A stretch of 64,000 nt of DNA. Origin: a virus. Positions 38,547-48,045 of the stretch are shown piece after piece. The position numbers and the translations under genes are program-made. The notes beneath the pieces are model-generated. The model saw nothing but the letters and a program-made list of their open reading frames with translations, made no database searches and had not been told where the DNA came from. Numbering within the stretch: the first letter of the stretch is position 1; each line of letters opens with the position of its first letter. The stretch spans positions 64,001-128,000 of the IMG/VR virus record IMGVR_UViG_3300043418_000120; one strand, written 5' to 3'.

Positions 38547-39545
38547 ATGATAAAAAAAGTAAAATCGAAACTGACCGACGAACGCACCTACTTCAAACCG
38601 TTCAATTACCCATGGGCTTACGAAGCATGGTTGAAGCATGAACAATCGCATTGGCTTCATACTGAAGTGCCATTGGCTGAAGACATCAAAGACTGGAAGA
38701 AGAAACTATCAAATGAAGAAAAGCAATTCCTTACTAACATTTTTAGATTCTTTACTCAAGGTGACATTGATGTTGCTGGTGGTTACGTTAATAATTACCT
38801 GCCCTATTTTCCTCAGCCCGAAATTCGCATGATGTTGTTGGGCTTTGCTGCTCGCGAGGCTCTTCATATTGCTGCTTACTCTCACTTGATTGAGTCCTTG
38901 GGTATGCCCGAGTCGACTTACTCAGAATTCCTAGAGTACGCTGAGATGAAAGAGAAGCATGATTACGTGCTTGATATTTCTAGCAACAACACTACGAAGG
39001 AAAACACTGCCAAGCATATCGCTGTATTCTCAGCGTTCACTGAAGGTATGCAGTTGTTCTCTTCATTCATCATGTTGTTGAATTTCCCACGCCACGGTAA
39101 GATGAAGGGTATGGGACAAATCGTTACTTGGTCGATCGTTGATGAAACCCAACACACTGAGAACATGATTCGTCTGTTCAAAGAATACATTCGTGAGAAT
39201 CCAGAAATCTGGAACGACGAGTTGAAGGGTGAGCTATATACTATCGCCGAGAACATGGTCAGACTAGAAGATAAATTCATTGACCTGTCGTTCGGTATGG
39301 GTGAGATGGACGAATTGACTGCTGCTGATGTTAAACAATACATTCGCTACATTGCTGATCGTCGTCTTATCTCTCTGGGTTTGAAGGGCATCTTCAAAGT
39401 TAAAAAGAATCCATTACCATGGGTTGAAGAAATGATCAACGCACCTACTCACACGAACTTCTTTGAAAATCGTGCGACTGATTATGCCAAGGGTGCGTTG
39501 TCTGGAACATGGGATGACGTATGGGGAAAGCATCATGGCAACTAA
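38547..39545 (+). CDS. nrdB: Ribonucleotide reductase beta subunit
   Basis: FFTQGD, EALH..AYS, EGMQLFSSF, DETQH, NFFE. Confidence 0.96.
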   Translation: MIKKVKSKLTDERTYFKPFNYPWAYEAWLKHEQSHWLHTEVPLAEDIKDWKKKLSNEEKQFLTNIFRFFTQGDIDVAGGYVNNYLPYFPQPEIRMMLLGFAAREALHIAAYSHLIESLGMPESTYSEFLEYAEMKEKHDYVLDISSNNTTKENTAKHIAVFSAFTEGMQLFSSFIMLLNFPRHGKMKGMGQIVTWSIVDETQHTENMIRLFKEYIRENPEIWNDELKGELYTIAENMVRLEDKFIDLSFGMGEMDELTAADVKQYIRYIADRRLISLGLKGIFKVKKNPLPWVEEMINAPTHTNFFENRATDYAKGALSGTWDDVWGKHHGN

Positions 39546-39687
39546 ACATTTCGACTGTGACGCCTGTGGCGCTCACGGAAAGATTACCTTCAAAGAGGGT
39601 GAATACACAACAAGCGATGTTGTCTACTGCCCTTTCTGTAGTGCCGATATTTATGAAGAAGAGTTAGAGGACGAAGAACTTGAGTGA
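39535..39687 (+). CDS. Small zinc-ribbon protein with acidic tail
   Basis: CDAC...YCPFC...EEELEDEELE. Confidence 0.7.
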   Translation: MATKHFDCDACGAHGKITFKEGEYTTSDVVYCPFCSADIYEEELEDEELE

Positions 39688-40135
39688 CACTTGGATCGTT
39701 GACAAAGTTGATCGGAATGGCGAGAAAGTATCTCTCGTCTATTCTAACAGTATCGGTGGTGGACCTGTAGTTCCGTTCTTTCTTAAGAACTACGCCGAGC
39801 TGATGGAAAACGGTCATGCTCACAATTTCATTATGGGCACTAACAAGAGCAAGGCTATCTATGCTGTCATTGATGGTAAGGTCGCTGGGCATATCATTTT
39901 TGATATTCTTGACGATGCTATCAAGACAGCTTGGATTGTCTTCAGCTGCGTTGACAAAGATTATCGTCATCGTGGTCTATATACTATGATGCACGAGGAG
40001 CTAGAGAACCAAGCTAAGAAGATGGGTTCTTCTAAAATTGCTAGCCACGTGCATGTAAACAATAACACAAGACAGGCAAGCTGCATTTCCGTTGGCATGA
40101 TGCCAGTCTTTTATAGAATGGAGAAAGAGTTATAA
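39680..40135 (+). CDS. GNAT-family acetyltransferase
   Basis: Motif A VDKDYRHRGL; VHVNN. Confidence 0.75.
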   Translation: MSDTWIVDKVDRNGEKVSLVYSNSIGGGPVVPFFLKNYAELMENGHAHNFIMGTNKSKAIYAVIDGKVAGHIIFDILDDAIKTAWIVFSCVDKDYRHRGLYTMMHEELENQAKKMGSSKIASHVHVNNNTRQASCISVGMMPVFYRMEKEL

Positions 40136-41232
40136 TGATTCCAAAGTATGAATACACCGAGAACAATCATTTCAAATGGGGCTTCGGTGATGAATGGTAT
40201 AATGAACCCGATCGCCTAAAACAATACAAACTCTCCCTCGGGCATGTTACCCGCAAGGTGGGGACATTTCGTGAAGAGTGTATTCACGCAGCTAAACTAA
40301 TCGGCGAGAAGGCAACCAAGCCTATCCTAGTTGGTCTCAGTGGTGGTAATGACAGCCAAGTTGTTTGTCTTGCGTTGAGAGAAGCTGGTGTTCCATTCAG
40401 CGTCATTATCGTTAAGACATTTGATGAGTTCTGGAATCCCGTCAACGAAGAGGACAACCAAGTCGCCTATGAGTTCTGTAAGAAGTATGATATTGAGTAC
40501 ATCGATTACAGTATCAACTTAGATTACTACTACCGCGACGAAGCACTTGACTACGCGGACAAGTATGGATTCTCTCAACATCACACTATCGTTCAATGTG
40601 CTGTTATGGATTATGTTTGTGATCGTTACTACTACATCATGGCTGGTGGCGACATCGTGTTCTCACCATATGTGAATATCATTACTCCAGAACTCGATCA
40701 ACCAAAGTTGCCAGGAACAGTTATTCCTGATAGAATCACAAAGTCTGTCTGGTGGCAAACACCACAACCAATCATGCAGTTGATGGTTGATAAAGGCTAT
40801 GAAGGTACAAGCAAGTTTTATCTGTACACACCAGAGTTGATTGCTTCTTACTTACAGCATCCAGTTACTACTCAGTATCTAGAGAATGAGGATGTGATTC
40901 TTCAAGCGTTCACTCGATGGTTCCCTCGACCAAAAGATATGTGGTGGCGTTGTTTCCACATGTTGTACAAGCCTATGATGATCAAGCAGGAATTCCCTGA
41001 GGTGATTCAATCTCTAAAGAGAACTGGCTTCGAGAAGATCGAAACATTGAAGGCTCCGCAAGGTCCAAGAACAGTGGTTGGTGAGTATATTAAGTTACTT
41101 CGCGATGCAGCTAAAGGTAAGTGTGGTGGTCAAGTTATCGCAACGCCAATTGCTGATTTGATTAGATACATCAACACACCACATACTGAAGAAGATTGTT
41201 TGAAATCTACACCATTGAATTTTAATGTATGA
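40135..41232 (+). CDS. PP-loop (adenine nucleotide alpha-hydrolase) protein
   Basis: VGLSGGNDSQ; MAGGD; K.TGFEK. Confidence 0.7.
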   Translation: MIPKYEYTENNHFKWGFGDEWYNEPDRLKQYKLSLGHVTRKVGTFREECIHAAKLIGEKATKPILVGLSGGNDSQVVCLALREAGVPFSVIIVKTFDEFWNPVNEEDNQVAYEFCKKYDIEYIDYSINLDYYYRDEALDYADKYGFSQHHTIVQCAVMDYVCDRYYYIMAGGDIVFSPYVNIITPELDQPKLPGTVIPDRITKSVWWQTPQPIMQLMVDKGYEGTSKFYLYTPELIASYLQHPVTTQYLENEDVILQAFTRWFPRPKDMWWRCFHMLYKPMMIKQEFPEVIQSLKRTGFEKIETLKAPQGPRTVVGEYIKLLRDAAKGKCGGQVIATPIADLIRYINTPHTEEDCLKSTPLNFNV

Positions 41233-42278
41233 AGCAATACGTATGGTTGAACTGGTCTAACATAGACTACAAGAAACATCCATATCGTAATAGTTACAAA
41301 AGTCTACAGGGTTCTTTCGAGTTCCCTGTAGATCGCTTTGGGATTACGAAAGGTGCTCTTGAGATTCCTTGTGTAAACATGGTGAAGGATCCTGTATACA
41401 ACTTGAACAATATCACCAAAGACTTCAAGGACAGATACTATGATGCCTTCGCTATCGCAGCTGACAACGTATACTCTACAGTTGGATGCCGTACTATTCA
41501 TGTTCTATACAGCGGTGGTATTGACAGCATCTGTGTGTTGGCTGCTCTTCAGCGCCATAAGGATTACGATCGTCTCGTTGCTGAGGGTCGTTTCAAAATC
41601 TCGATGACGACTGCTAGTATCGAGGAATGCCCAAGCATCTTCTACAATAGAATCCTTGGTAATGTGCCAATTCAGGTTCTTAACTACACAACTCTAATGT
41701 GCGACAAGGATGCCTTGTTAGTTACTGGTGATATGGGCGACCACATCATTGGATCAAGCGACATCCTGGGGATTGTTGGGTATTCTGACTATGATAGTTC
41801 TCAGCCTTGGAACACTCTTATCCCGCACATCGTCAAAGAACCAAGCAGTAATCTGTACATGGATATGCTGATGATTGCTAAGAAGAACGCACCGTTTGAT
41901 ATTGTATCTGCCAATCAACTTATCTGGTGGGCGAATCAGTGTTATGCTTTTCAAGACGACTTGGTCAAGCCATGGTATTGGTCACGTTACCAAGATTATG
42001 CTGAACTTGCTACTCAAAGAAAGGTGTTCCGCTTCTTCTACGATGATGCGTTTGTTTCATTCACGCATGAGTATATGTCAACAAACCCAAAGTACAAGAA
42101 CTACCATGAGTGTAAGGAATGGGCAAGAAGTTACGCAGTTAATCACTTCAAGATAGATTCTATTCTCAGTAAAGAGAAGGTGTTCAGCCAACGCCTAACC
42201 TTGAGACTGGCAGAGAAGTCACAAATTTACATGGATGATGGACTTATCCGTGGTGGGAATTATAATGAAACCGTATAG
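41229..42278 (+). CDS. PP-loop protein, asparagine-synthetase C-domain-like
   Basis: LYSGGIDS; LVTGDMGD.IIG. Confidence 0.75.
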   Translation: MKQYVWLNWSNIDYKKHPYRNSYKSLQGSFEFPVDRFGITKGALEIPCVNMVKDPVYNLNNITKDFKDRYYDAFAIAADNVYSTVGCRTIHVLYSGGIDSICVLAALQRHKDYDRLVAEGRFKISMTTASIEECPSIFYNRILGNVPIQVLNYTTLMCDKDALLVTGDMGDHIIGSSDILGIVGYSDYDSSQPWNTLIPHIVKEPSSNLYMDMLMIAKKNAPFDIVSANQLIWWANQCYAFQDDLVKPWYWSRYQDYAELATQRKVFRFFYDDAFVSFTHEYMSTNPKYKNYHECKEWARSYAVNHFKIDSILSKEKVFSQRLTLRLAEKSQIYMDDGLIRGGNYNETV

Positions 42279-42873
42279 TTTTAGATGCCTTGTAGATCAA
42301 GTAACAGGACAGATTGTTTGGATGACATTCAATGAATCCGCTGAGGTGCCAATCATTGACCCAACACTAAACTACTATCGCTACAATGGATCAACGAACA
42401 TTAGCGTGTGGAGTGCTTATGCGACTTACGAACTGTTTCTCGACGAAGACGGTAAGACCTTAGTCGTTAAACCTCGTGGTGAGATTGACACACGCATACA
42501 GACTATCAGAGCAAAGTATGTTACAATTGATCTAATCAACGCAATCATCAAGGTTCATTACGAGAGACAGGGATTCCCAGAAGGATCTATCTATCGTAGA
42601 ATTGACACCTCAAGCAAATGGGTTGGTGTTCTTGCTGAGATGCATTCTTGCTCAACTGAGGATGCTGCTACTTTGCTTGACTTTAAGATCTCTGAGTTTA
42701 AGAACACGGAGTTTATGTTAGAGTCGCGCAAGATGATGATGGTTCAGAAGTTGAAAGAAGCTGAGTGTTTCGCGGATGTTGCTGGCGTTTATGCCAAATA
42801 TACATCGTTGTTCTTCAATATAAATAGGAAGGATCTGATGGCGATTGATTCCATCAGAGGCGAACTATTATGA
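42265..42873 (+). CDS. Hypothetical protein
   Basis: Coupled ORF in the cassette. Confidence 0.7.
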   Translation: MKPYSFRCLVDQVTGQIVWMTFNESAEVPIIDPTLNYYRYNGSTNISVWSAYATYELFLDEDGKTLVVKPRGEIDTRIQTIRAKYVTIDLINAIIKVHYERQGFPEGSIYRRIDTSSKWVGVLAEMHSCSTEDAATLLDFKISEFKNTEFMLESRKMMMVQKLKEAECFADVAGVYAKYTSLFFNINRKDLMAIDSIRGELL

Positions 42874-42880
42874 GGATACT

Positions 42881-43027
42881 ATGGCAGAAAACACAAGCGA
42901 ATTACAGGGGACTGATTGGTTCTCTAGATTGAAGAACCCACAGGGTGGTGGTATGGATACCGCTACTGCCGAAGGTGCGCCAAAACCACCAGCGGAGACC
43001 CCAGCAAATGTGGCTCCACAACAATGA
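42881..43027 (+). CDS. 48-aa Gly/Pro/Ala-rich peptide
   Basis: GAGGA RBS; TATAAATA near 42819. Confidence 0.6.
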   Translation: MAENTSELQGTDWFSRLKNPQGGGMDTATAEGAPKPPAETPANVAPQQ

Positions 43028-43397
43028 ACCTTTCGAAGATGCTGGCAAATGGTATGGCTTCATCTACGAAATTACGAATAATCTGACTGGTAAGAAATAC
43101 ATCGGTCGAAAATACTTCACTGAAGCCAAGACTCGTCAAGTCAAAGGCAAGAAGAAACGAACTCGCGTAGAGAGTAATTGGCGTGACTACTGGGGTTCAA
43201 GCAAGTCGCTTACTGAAGACATAGAGAAACATGGTGTTGAGAACTTCTCGAAGAAGATCCTGATGCTATGTGAGACTCGTGGCAATACCAACTATTGGGA
43301 AGCAAAATTCCAATTTGACAATAATGTTCTTTTGAGCGATAATTACTATAATGAATGGATTATGGTTAAAACTCACAGGAAACACATAAAGAAATGA
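43008..43397 (+). CDS. GIY-YIG (Seg-like) endonuclease-domain protein
   Basis: GFIYEITN..TGKKYIGRK; YWGSS. Confidence 0.85.
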   Translation: MWLHNNEPFEDAGKWYGFIYEITNNLTGKKYIGRKYFTEAKTRQVKGKKKRTRVESNWRDYWGSSKSLTEDIEKHGVENFSKKILMLCETRGNTNYWEAKFQFDNNVLLSDNYYNEWIMVKTHRKHIKK

Positions 43398-44605
43398 CAT
43401 ACCTACTATACTCTTGCGGATTCATGTTATCCGCAGTAGCAGCGTATTACTCCGTAATGGGTCTCATTGCTATCTTCTCGACAGCAATCATTCCTATCGC
43501 GATCATGGGTTCGGTTCTGGAAATCAGCAAGCTGGTATCAGCAAGTTGGCTTTACAGAAACTGGAACACAGCACCTAAGATGTTGAAGTACTACTTCACC
43601 GTTGCGGTAACAGTATTGATGCTACTAACATCAATGGGTATCTTCGGATACCTGTCGAAAGCGCACTTGGACCAAGCAGTTCCTACGGGAGATGTTGCGT
43701 CTCAGGTCGCAATTCTCGACGAGAAAATAAAAACAGAAAAGGAAAATATTGATGCAGCTCGTAAAGCACTTACTCAACTGGATTCGCAAGTCGACCAAAC
43801 CATCTCAAGAACCACAGAAGCCAGCGGAGCCGATCGCGCCGTTGCCATCCGTAGAGGACAAGCCAAAGAAAGAGCAAGTCTCCAAGCCGAAATCGCAACC
43901 TCGCAAGCCAAAATCGGCAAGCTCAGAGAAGAACGCGCCCCAATCGCCAGCGAGCTCCGCAAAGTCGAAGCCGAAGTCGGTCCGATCAAATACATCGCAG
44001 CCTTAATTTACGGCGACACCCTTGACGATACGTTACTCGAAAGTGCAGTTCGTATCGTCATCTTGTTGATCATCTTCGTGTTTGATCCACTTGCGGTTCT
44101 GTTGTTAATCGCAGCAAGTCGTGAGTCAATGCTAAAGCATAAGATTGAGGAAGTTGAACCAGAGCCAATCTATGTTGCTGATGTAACAATGCCAGAACCC
44201 GATTATCCTCATGTCTATCCAGACATGAGTGTCTGGAAGGATGTTGTCGAACAGCTAAGTAAAGAACGTGAAGAACCAGAAGTCGAAGTTGAAGCTGCGC
44301 CTATCATTGAGCCACCAATTGAGCAGGTCTTCTTTGAAGCTGCGAAAGAACAGGCTAAAGAGTTAGACGAGACTGCTACCATTGACTGGGAGATTGCTCA
44401 GCCACCAAAAGAAACTCCCGATGAGTTTACTAAGGTTGTTCAAGAGTATTTCCACCCAGAAGACGAAGCTAAGGAAACGATGCTTTATGTGAACGAAGAA
44501 CCTGAACCATCTTTTGTGTTGAACCCTGACTTCAATCAGAAGGATCCGTTCATGGAGAAGCCAAGACCGAAGGTCATGCCCGACTCGAGAACTGAGAATC
44601 GTTAA
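43394..44605 (+). CDS. Multi-TM coiled-coil membrane protein with acidic tail
   Basis: LTSMGIFGYLSKAH, EVGPIKY, IFVFDPLAV. Confidence 0.75.
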   Translation: MTYLLYSCGFMLSAVAAYYSVMGLIAIFSTAIIPIAIMGSVLEISKLVSASWLYRNWNTAPKMLKYYFTVAVTVLMLLTSMGIFGYLSKAHLDQAVPTGDVASQVAILDEKIKTEKENIDAARKALTQLDSQVDQTISRTTEASGADRAVAIRRGQAKERASLQAEIATSQAKIGKLREERAPIASELRKVEAEVGPIKYIAALIYGDTLDDTLLESAVRIVILLIIFVFDPLAVLLLIAASRESMLKHKIEEVEPEPIYVADVTMPEPDYPHVYPDMSVWKDVVEQLSKEREEPEVEVEAAPIIEPPIEQVFFEAAKEQAKELDETATIDWEIAQPPKETPDEFTKVVQEYFHPEDEAKETMLYVNEEPEPSFVLNPDFNQKDPFMEKPRPKVMPDSRTENR

Positions 44606-44609
44606 GAAA

Positions 44610-44634
44610 TAACCCTACTTCGTGTAGGGTTTTT
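44610..44634. repeat. Palindrome copy 2, also terminator-like
   Basis: TAACCCTAC-TTCGT-GTAGGGTTT followed by T run. Confidence 0.75.
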
Positions 44635-44645
44635 CGTTTTAAGGC

Positions 44646-44674
44646 TTGACATTTATTCAAGTATCAGGTATAAT
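44646..44674 (+). promoter_or_regulatory. Sigma70-type early promoter
   Basis: TTGACA-17-TATAAT. Confidence 0.9.
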
Positions 44675-44696
44675 TGGTGCTTAAATGGAGAAAATA

Positions 44697-45626
44697 ATGA
44701 AAATCGGCGTATGTTCTGACCTACACTTGGAGTTCGCAGACTTGTTTCTGACGAACGACGAAGGCGTCGACGTGCTTGTTTTGTCTGGCGACATTCTTGT
44801 TGAGTGCGACTTAGACATGCGCGATCGTCGCCAGAGCGAACTAGGTTTTGCTCGCCATCGGTCTGAGCGATTCCATGACTTCTTCAGCCGTGTTTGTTTT
44901 CAATTCCCTCAGGTAATCTATGTCATGGGTAACCATGAACATTATCATGGCGACTTCGCTAAGACTTATTTGGAATTGAAGCGCAAATTGGCCGAGCACG
45001 ATAACCTTCACATCCTCGATAAAGAGTGCGTGAAGCTCGGCGATGTTACATTTATCGGAGGCACCCTTTGGACTGACATGAACAAGGAAGATCCTCTTAC
45101 CATGTTTCATATCAAGAAGATGATGAACGATTTTCGCTGTGTCATCAACAGCAATCAGATAGTCAACTATCGTGCCGAAGTTCTTGTTGATAAACCAACA
45201 GGTATGAGTGATGAAGAATTCATGGCACTACCCGCTGAGAAGCGAACCAAGATGGTGTTCAAAGAACGTGTTGCCACATTCAGCCCCACCGATGCTGTTG
45301 AAGACCATCGTAAGATGCTAGGTTACGTCGACAGTGTTATTGCTGGTAACCATGATACTAAGTATGTTGTCTGTGGCCACCATACTCCAAGTCATCAAAG
45401 TATGCATGATAAGTATCGCGGCGACGACTTGATGAACGGTGGTTACCACAGCGACTTGTCTGAGTTTATCTTGGATCGTCCGCAAATCAAATTATGGACA
45501 CATGGCCATACGCATGAAGTTTTTGACTACATGATCGGCGACACTCGCATCGTTTGTAATCCACGTGGTTATCATGGCTACGAAGAAGTTGCTGATAATT
45601 TTAAATTGAAGGTGGTTGAAGTATGA
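44697..45626 (+). CDS. Calcineurin-like metallophosphoesterase
   Basis: SDLHLE, SGDI, GNHEHY, HHTP, HGHTH, NPRGY. Confidence 0.92.
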   Translation: MKIGVCSDLHLEFADLFLTNDEGVDVLVLSGDILVECDLDMRDRRQSELGFARHRSERFHDFFSRVCFQFPQVIYVMGNHEHYHGDFAKTYLELKRKLAEHDNLHILDKECVKLGDVTFIGGTLWTDMNKEDPLTMFHIKKMMNDFRCVINSNQIVNYRAEVLVDKPTGMSDEEFMALPAEKRTKMVFKERVATFSPTDAVEDHRKMLGYVDSVIAGNHDTKYVVCGHHTPSHQSMHDKYRGDDLMNGGYHSDLSEFILDRPQIKLWTHGHTHEVFDYMIGDTRIVCNPRGYHGYEEVADNFKLKVVEV

Positions 45627-45955
45627 GTATGTATACACCAAACAAATGGATGGTGATCAAAATCAATAGCAAGAACCCACACTACCGTGTGTTCGCATCG
45701 TGGAGTGGTGGTTACCTTGGTGGTGATTCTTGGAAGTTGAATTCTGGAATTACCAAAGCTACTCTTGTTGATGGATTCTATCACTTCGAAGGAAGTTCTG
45801 GTTCTGTTTACAAGTGCCGCGAGGGTATGTACGGTGGCACAGGGTTTTCATATGGTGTTCTTAATGGTATGATCAAAGACGCTAAAGCGACCAGCGATGT
45901 TGATATCGATGTGCTACCAGCAGAAACAAATTTTCTAGAGTTAAACTATGAATGA
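45623..45955 (+). CDS. Conserved phage hypothetical protein
   Basis: WSGGYLGGDSWKLNSGI...G.SGSVY.C. Confidence 0.75.
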   Translation: MSMYTPNKWMVIKINSKNPHYRVFASWSGGYLGGDSWKLNSGITKATLVDGFYHFEGSSGSVYKCREGMYGGTGFSYGVLNGMIKDAKATSDVDIDVLPAETNFLELNYE

Positions 45956-46235
45956 CATCTTACTAAACACATGGGGATGGATTAAAGATGACTACCGAAC
46001 TCACCCTGTTCGATTTTGTATTGAGCTTCTTGCTTGGGCTATCTCTATTGGCTGCTCTCTCACGATGGCAGTCACAGTCCCCAATCCTCCTCTTATCGTA
46101 TTATATCCTATCTGGATTAGTGGGTGCTCTCTTTACGCTTGGGCTGCTTATAGCAGGAAATCGTTTGGGATGCTTGCTAACTACATCTTGTTAACAACGA
46201 TCGACACCGTCGGTCTATTCAGAATGCTATTCTAA
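45948..46235 (+). CDS. Small three-TM membrane protein
   Basis: Three hydrophobic segments. Confidence 0.7.
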   Translation: MNDILLNTWGWIKDDYRTHPVRFCIELLAWAISIGCSLTMAVTVPNPPLIVLYPIWISGCSLYAWAAYSRKSFGMLANYILLTTIDTVGLFRMLF

Positions 46236-46245
46236 GGAGAATCAA

Positions 46246-46482
46246 ATGGCAAAACCAAAACAAAAACGCCCCGAAGGTAACTGGACACCAACAGTTCTGA
46301 AGGCTGACAAAAACTTTCGCATGTCGAAGCAGACAAAGCGCCTGTTGGCTCTGATGTCATTCCCATCTGCTGAGCTGCGTAACAGCTATCGCCGTGCGAT
46401 GATCAACGCTCAGTTGGCTTCGGAAGCTGCAGCTCGTGCACCTTTGGGTGGCAAGAAAGATCGAGAAGATGTATCCGCATGA
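46246..46482 (+). CDS. Basic hypothetical protein
   Basis: AAGGAG RBS. Confidence 0.7.
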   Translation: MAKPKQKRPEGNWTPTVLKADKNFRMSKQTKRLLALMSFPSAELRNSYRRAMINAQLASEAAARAPLGGKKDREDVSA

Positions 46483-46654
46483 GATAGATCATGCCTCGTC
46501 GAAAGTTCTTGAAATCGTAGGACTTGACAAAAATACCTTCGACGAGGTAAAATATAAACAGTTGCGAAGTTTCCTAGAGGCTCTCGCAGCTGTTCACTAT
46601 TCAAAAGGACATGATGATGGCTACTCGCTCTCCGCTGGTTATTCCCGCAAGTAA
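46469..46654 (+). CDS. Hypothetical protein
   Basis: Coupled ORF. Confidence 0.55.
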   Translation: MYPHEIDHASSKVLEIVGLDKNTFDEVKYKQLRSFLEALAAVHYSKGHDDGYSLSAGYSRK

Positions 46655-46763
46655 ACCAAGAAATTGGATTGCTAAGGATTTGCGCACACCCAAGTATCGT
46701 GCACGTATCGAAGAGTGTAAGAAGAAATACACACGCAAGGAGAAGCATCGTGACGCCTATTAA
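46611..46763 (+). CDS. 50-aa basic protein resembling ribosome rescue factor ArfA
   Basis: RNWIAKDLRTPKYRARIEECKKKYTRKEKH; AAAGGA RBS; not in ORF track. Confidence 0.55.
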   Translation: MMMATRSPLVIPASKPRNWIAKDLRTPKYRARIEECKKKYTRKEKHRDAY

Positions 46764-47043
46764 ACAACATGAAATCCATGAGCATCTAGAGATTGATCAT
46801 GGTAGCATTACAACTTATGTGAACGTCTTTGGCGAAGACGACTATACACACATGATCATCGGTCGTACTGACAATGAAGGATTGCACATCCATAATAAGA
46901 TGGAGTTCTTCTTCGAAGATGAGCAACTCGATGAGCTTCTTTACTTCTTCACGGAATTGTCAAAGAAGGTTCGCGCAAAGCGTACTCAAGACCAATTAAC
47001 TGATGTTGTAAAACAATGGGTGGCCACTGATGGAAATGATTGA
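46750..47043 (+). CDS. Hypothetical protein
   Basis: GTG start after GGAG. Confidence 0.6.
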   Translation: MTPIKQHEIHEHLEIDHGSITTYVNVFGEDDYTHMIIGRTDNEGLHIHNKMEFFFEDEQLDELLYFFTELSKKVRAKRTQDQLTDVVKQWVATDGND

Positions 47044-47371
47044 AATTCTATTTTTAGTCTTGATCGCGTTCAATGTGTATTGGGCATGGGTCAATATTCG
47101 CGCAGCCATGGCTCAGAGAGCAGCACGTCAAGAGATTATGGAGAATATTCAAGAAGCCTACGAACGCTTCAAGAATATCATCATCATGCGCGTAGAGAAG
47201 CATGACGACATGCTCTATGTCTACAATCAACATACCAATGAGTTCATCTGCCAAGGCAAAACCCTTGAGGAAGTGAACGAGAACTTTGGTATCAAATATC
47301 CCAATCGTCAAGCCTTGGTCGACGAGGGATCGGAACTGTTATTTAAGGAGAAGATGAATGTCGCAAAATGA
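47030..47371 (+). CDS. Membrane-anchored hypothetical protein
   Basis: N-terminal TM; FICQGKTLEE. Confidence 0.7.
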   Translation: MEMIEILFLVLIAFNVYWAWVNIRAAMAQRAARQEIMENIQEAYERFKNIIIMRVEKHDDMLYVYNQHTNEFICQGKTLEEVNENFGIKYPNRQALVDEGSELLFKEKMNVAK

Positions 47372-47810
47372 GATCGTTGATATTGACTTTGATGAGGTTT
47401 TGTCAAAGCAAGAAGAGCAACGTATTAAGGATGAGCTGAACCATCCGAACTTTAAAAATTGGTTCAAGGGTTTGCTTCATGAATGTGAAGTCAATCTGAT
47501 TTTCTACAAGAAGTCTGGTGAAGAACGACACATGCGTTGTACTCTTCAGGAGTCAGAAATCCCTGCTGACAAGCAACCAAAGGGGACTGGTAAAACTACC
47601 AGTGGCGATACTGTGTCTGTGTTTGACACTGAGATCCAAGATTGGAGATCTTTCCGCTTCGACTCGATCAAAGAATTCGAGTACGACTTGCCTGAAGACT
47701 CTGAGTATCCTCCACATCCAGAGCCAGTGTTCTTAGACGCTGCTGGTGTTGAGTACGTTTCGGCTGCTGAGTTGTCCGAAGAAATCAAGAACGCAATTGT
47801 TGGGGAATAA
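47358..47810 (+). CDS. WYL-like/SH3 beta-barrel protein
   Basis: F.KKSGEER.MRCTL...VFD.E..DWRSFRFDSI. Confidence 0.75.
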   Translation: MSQNEIVDIDFDEVLSKQEEQRIKDELNHPNFKNWFKGLLHECEVNLIFYKKSGEERHMRCTLQESEIPADKQPKGTGKTTSGDTVSVFDTEIQDWRSFRFDSIKEFEYDLPEDSEYPPHPEPVFLDAAGVEYVSAAELSEEIKNAIVGE

Positions 47811-47811
47811 T

Positions 47812-48045
47812 ATGACTGAGAATAACACCATATCAACTATCGCAGGTATCGTAGCGGTTGCTCTGATTGGAAGCCTCACATATTTCCATGTTGTTGAAAG
47901 TAATAACAACAAAGAAATCATTACTCGCGCAATTGAGCGCGGTCTTGATCCAATCAGCGCAGCGTGCGCATCAAAGATTGGAACTCAAAGTTCAGCCGAA
48001 ATTCGTGCTACGTGCGAAAAGATGGCTATCATCAAAGGAAAATAA
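47812..48045 (+). CDS. Membrane-anchored hypothetical protein
   Basis: TM helix; G.DPISAAC. Confidence 0.65.
   Translation: MTENNTISTIAGIVAVALIGSLTYFHVVESNNNKEIITRAIERGLDPISAACASKIGTQSSAEIRATCEKMAIIKGK

Noticed and set aside
12809-39545. Introns or inteins in gp43, gp41, nrdA, nrdB, thyX
   Set aside because: All are continuous and of ordinary length, with no splicing motifs seen
39535-39687. LysW-type amino-group carrier protein
   Set aside because: Zinc ribbon with acidic tail but no EDWGE end and no ATP-grasp ligase nearby
42881-43027. Lasso peptide precursor for the Asn-synthetase-like enzyme
   Set aside because: No YxxP leader motif, no Thr at -2 before the Gly run, and no B1/B2 leader peptidase visible; kept only as a generic candidate substrate
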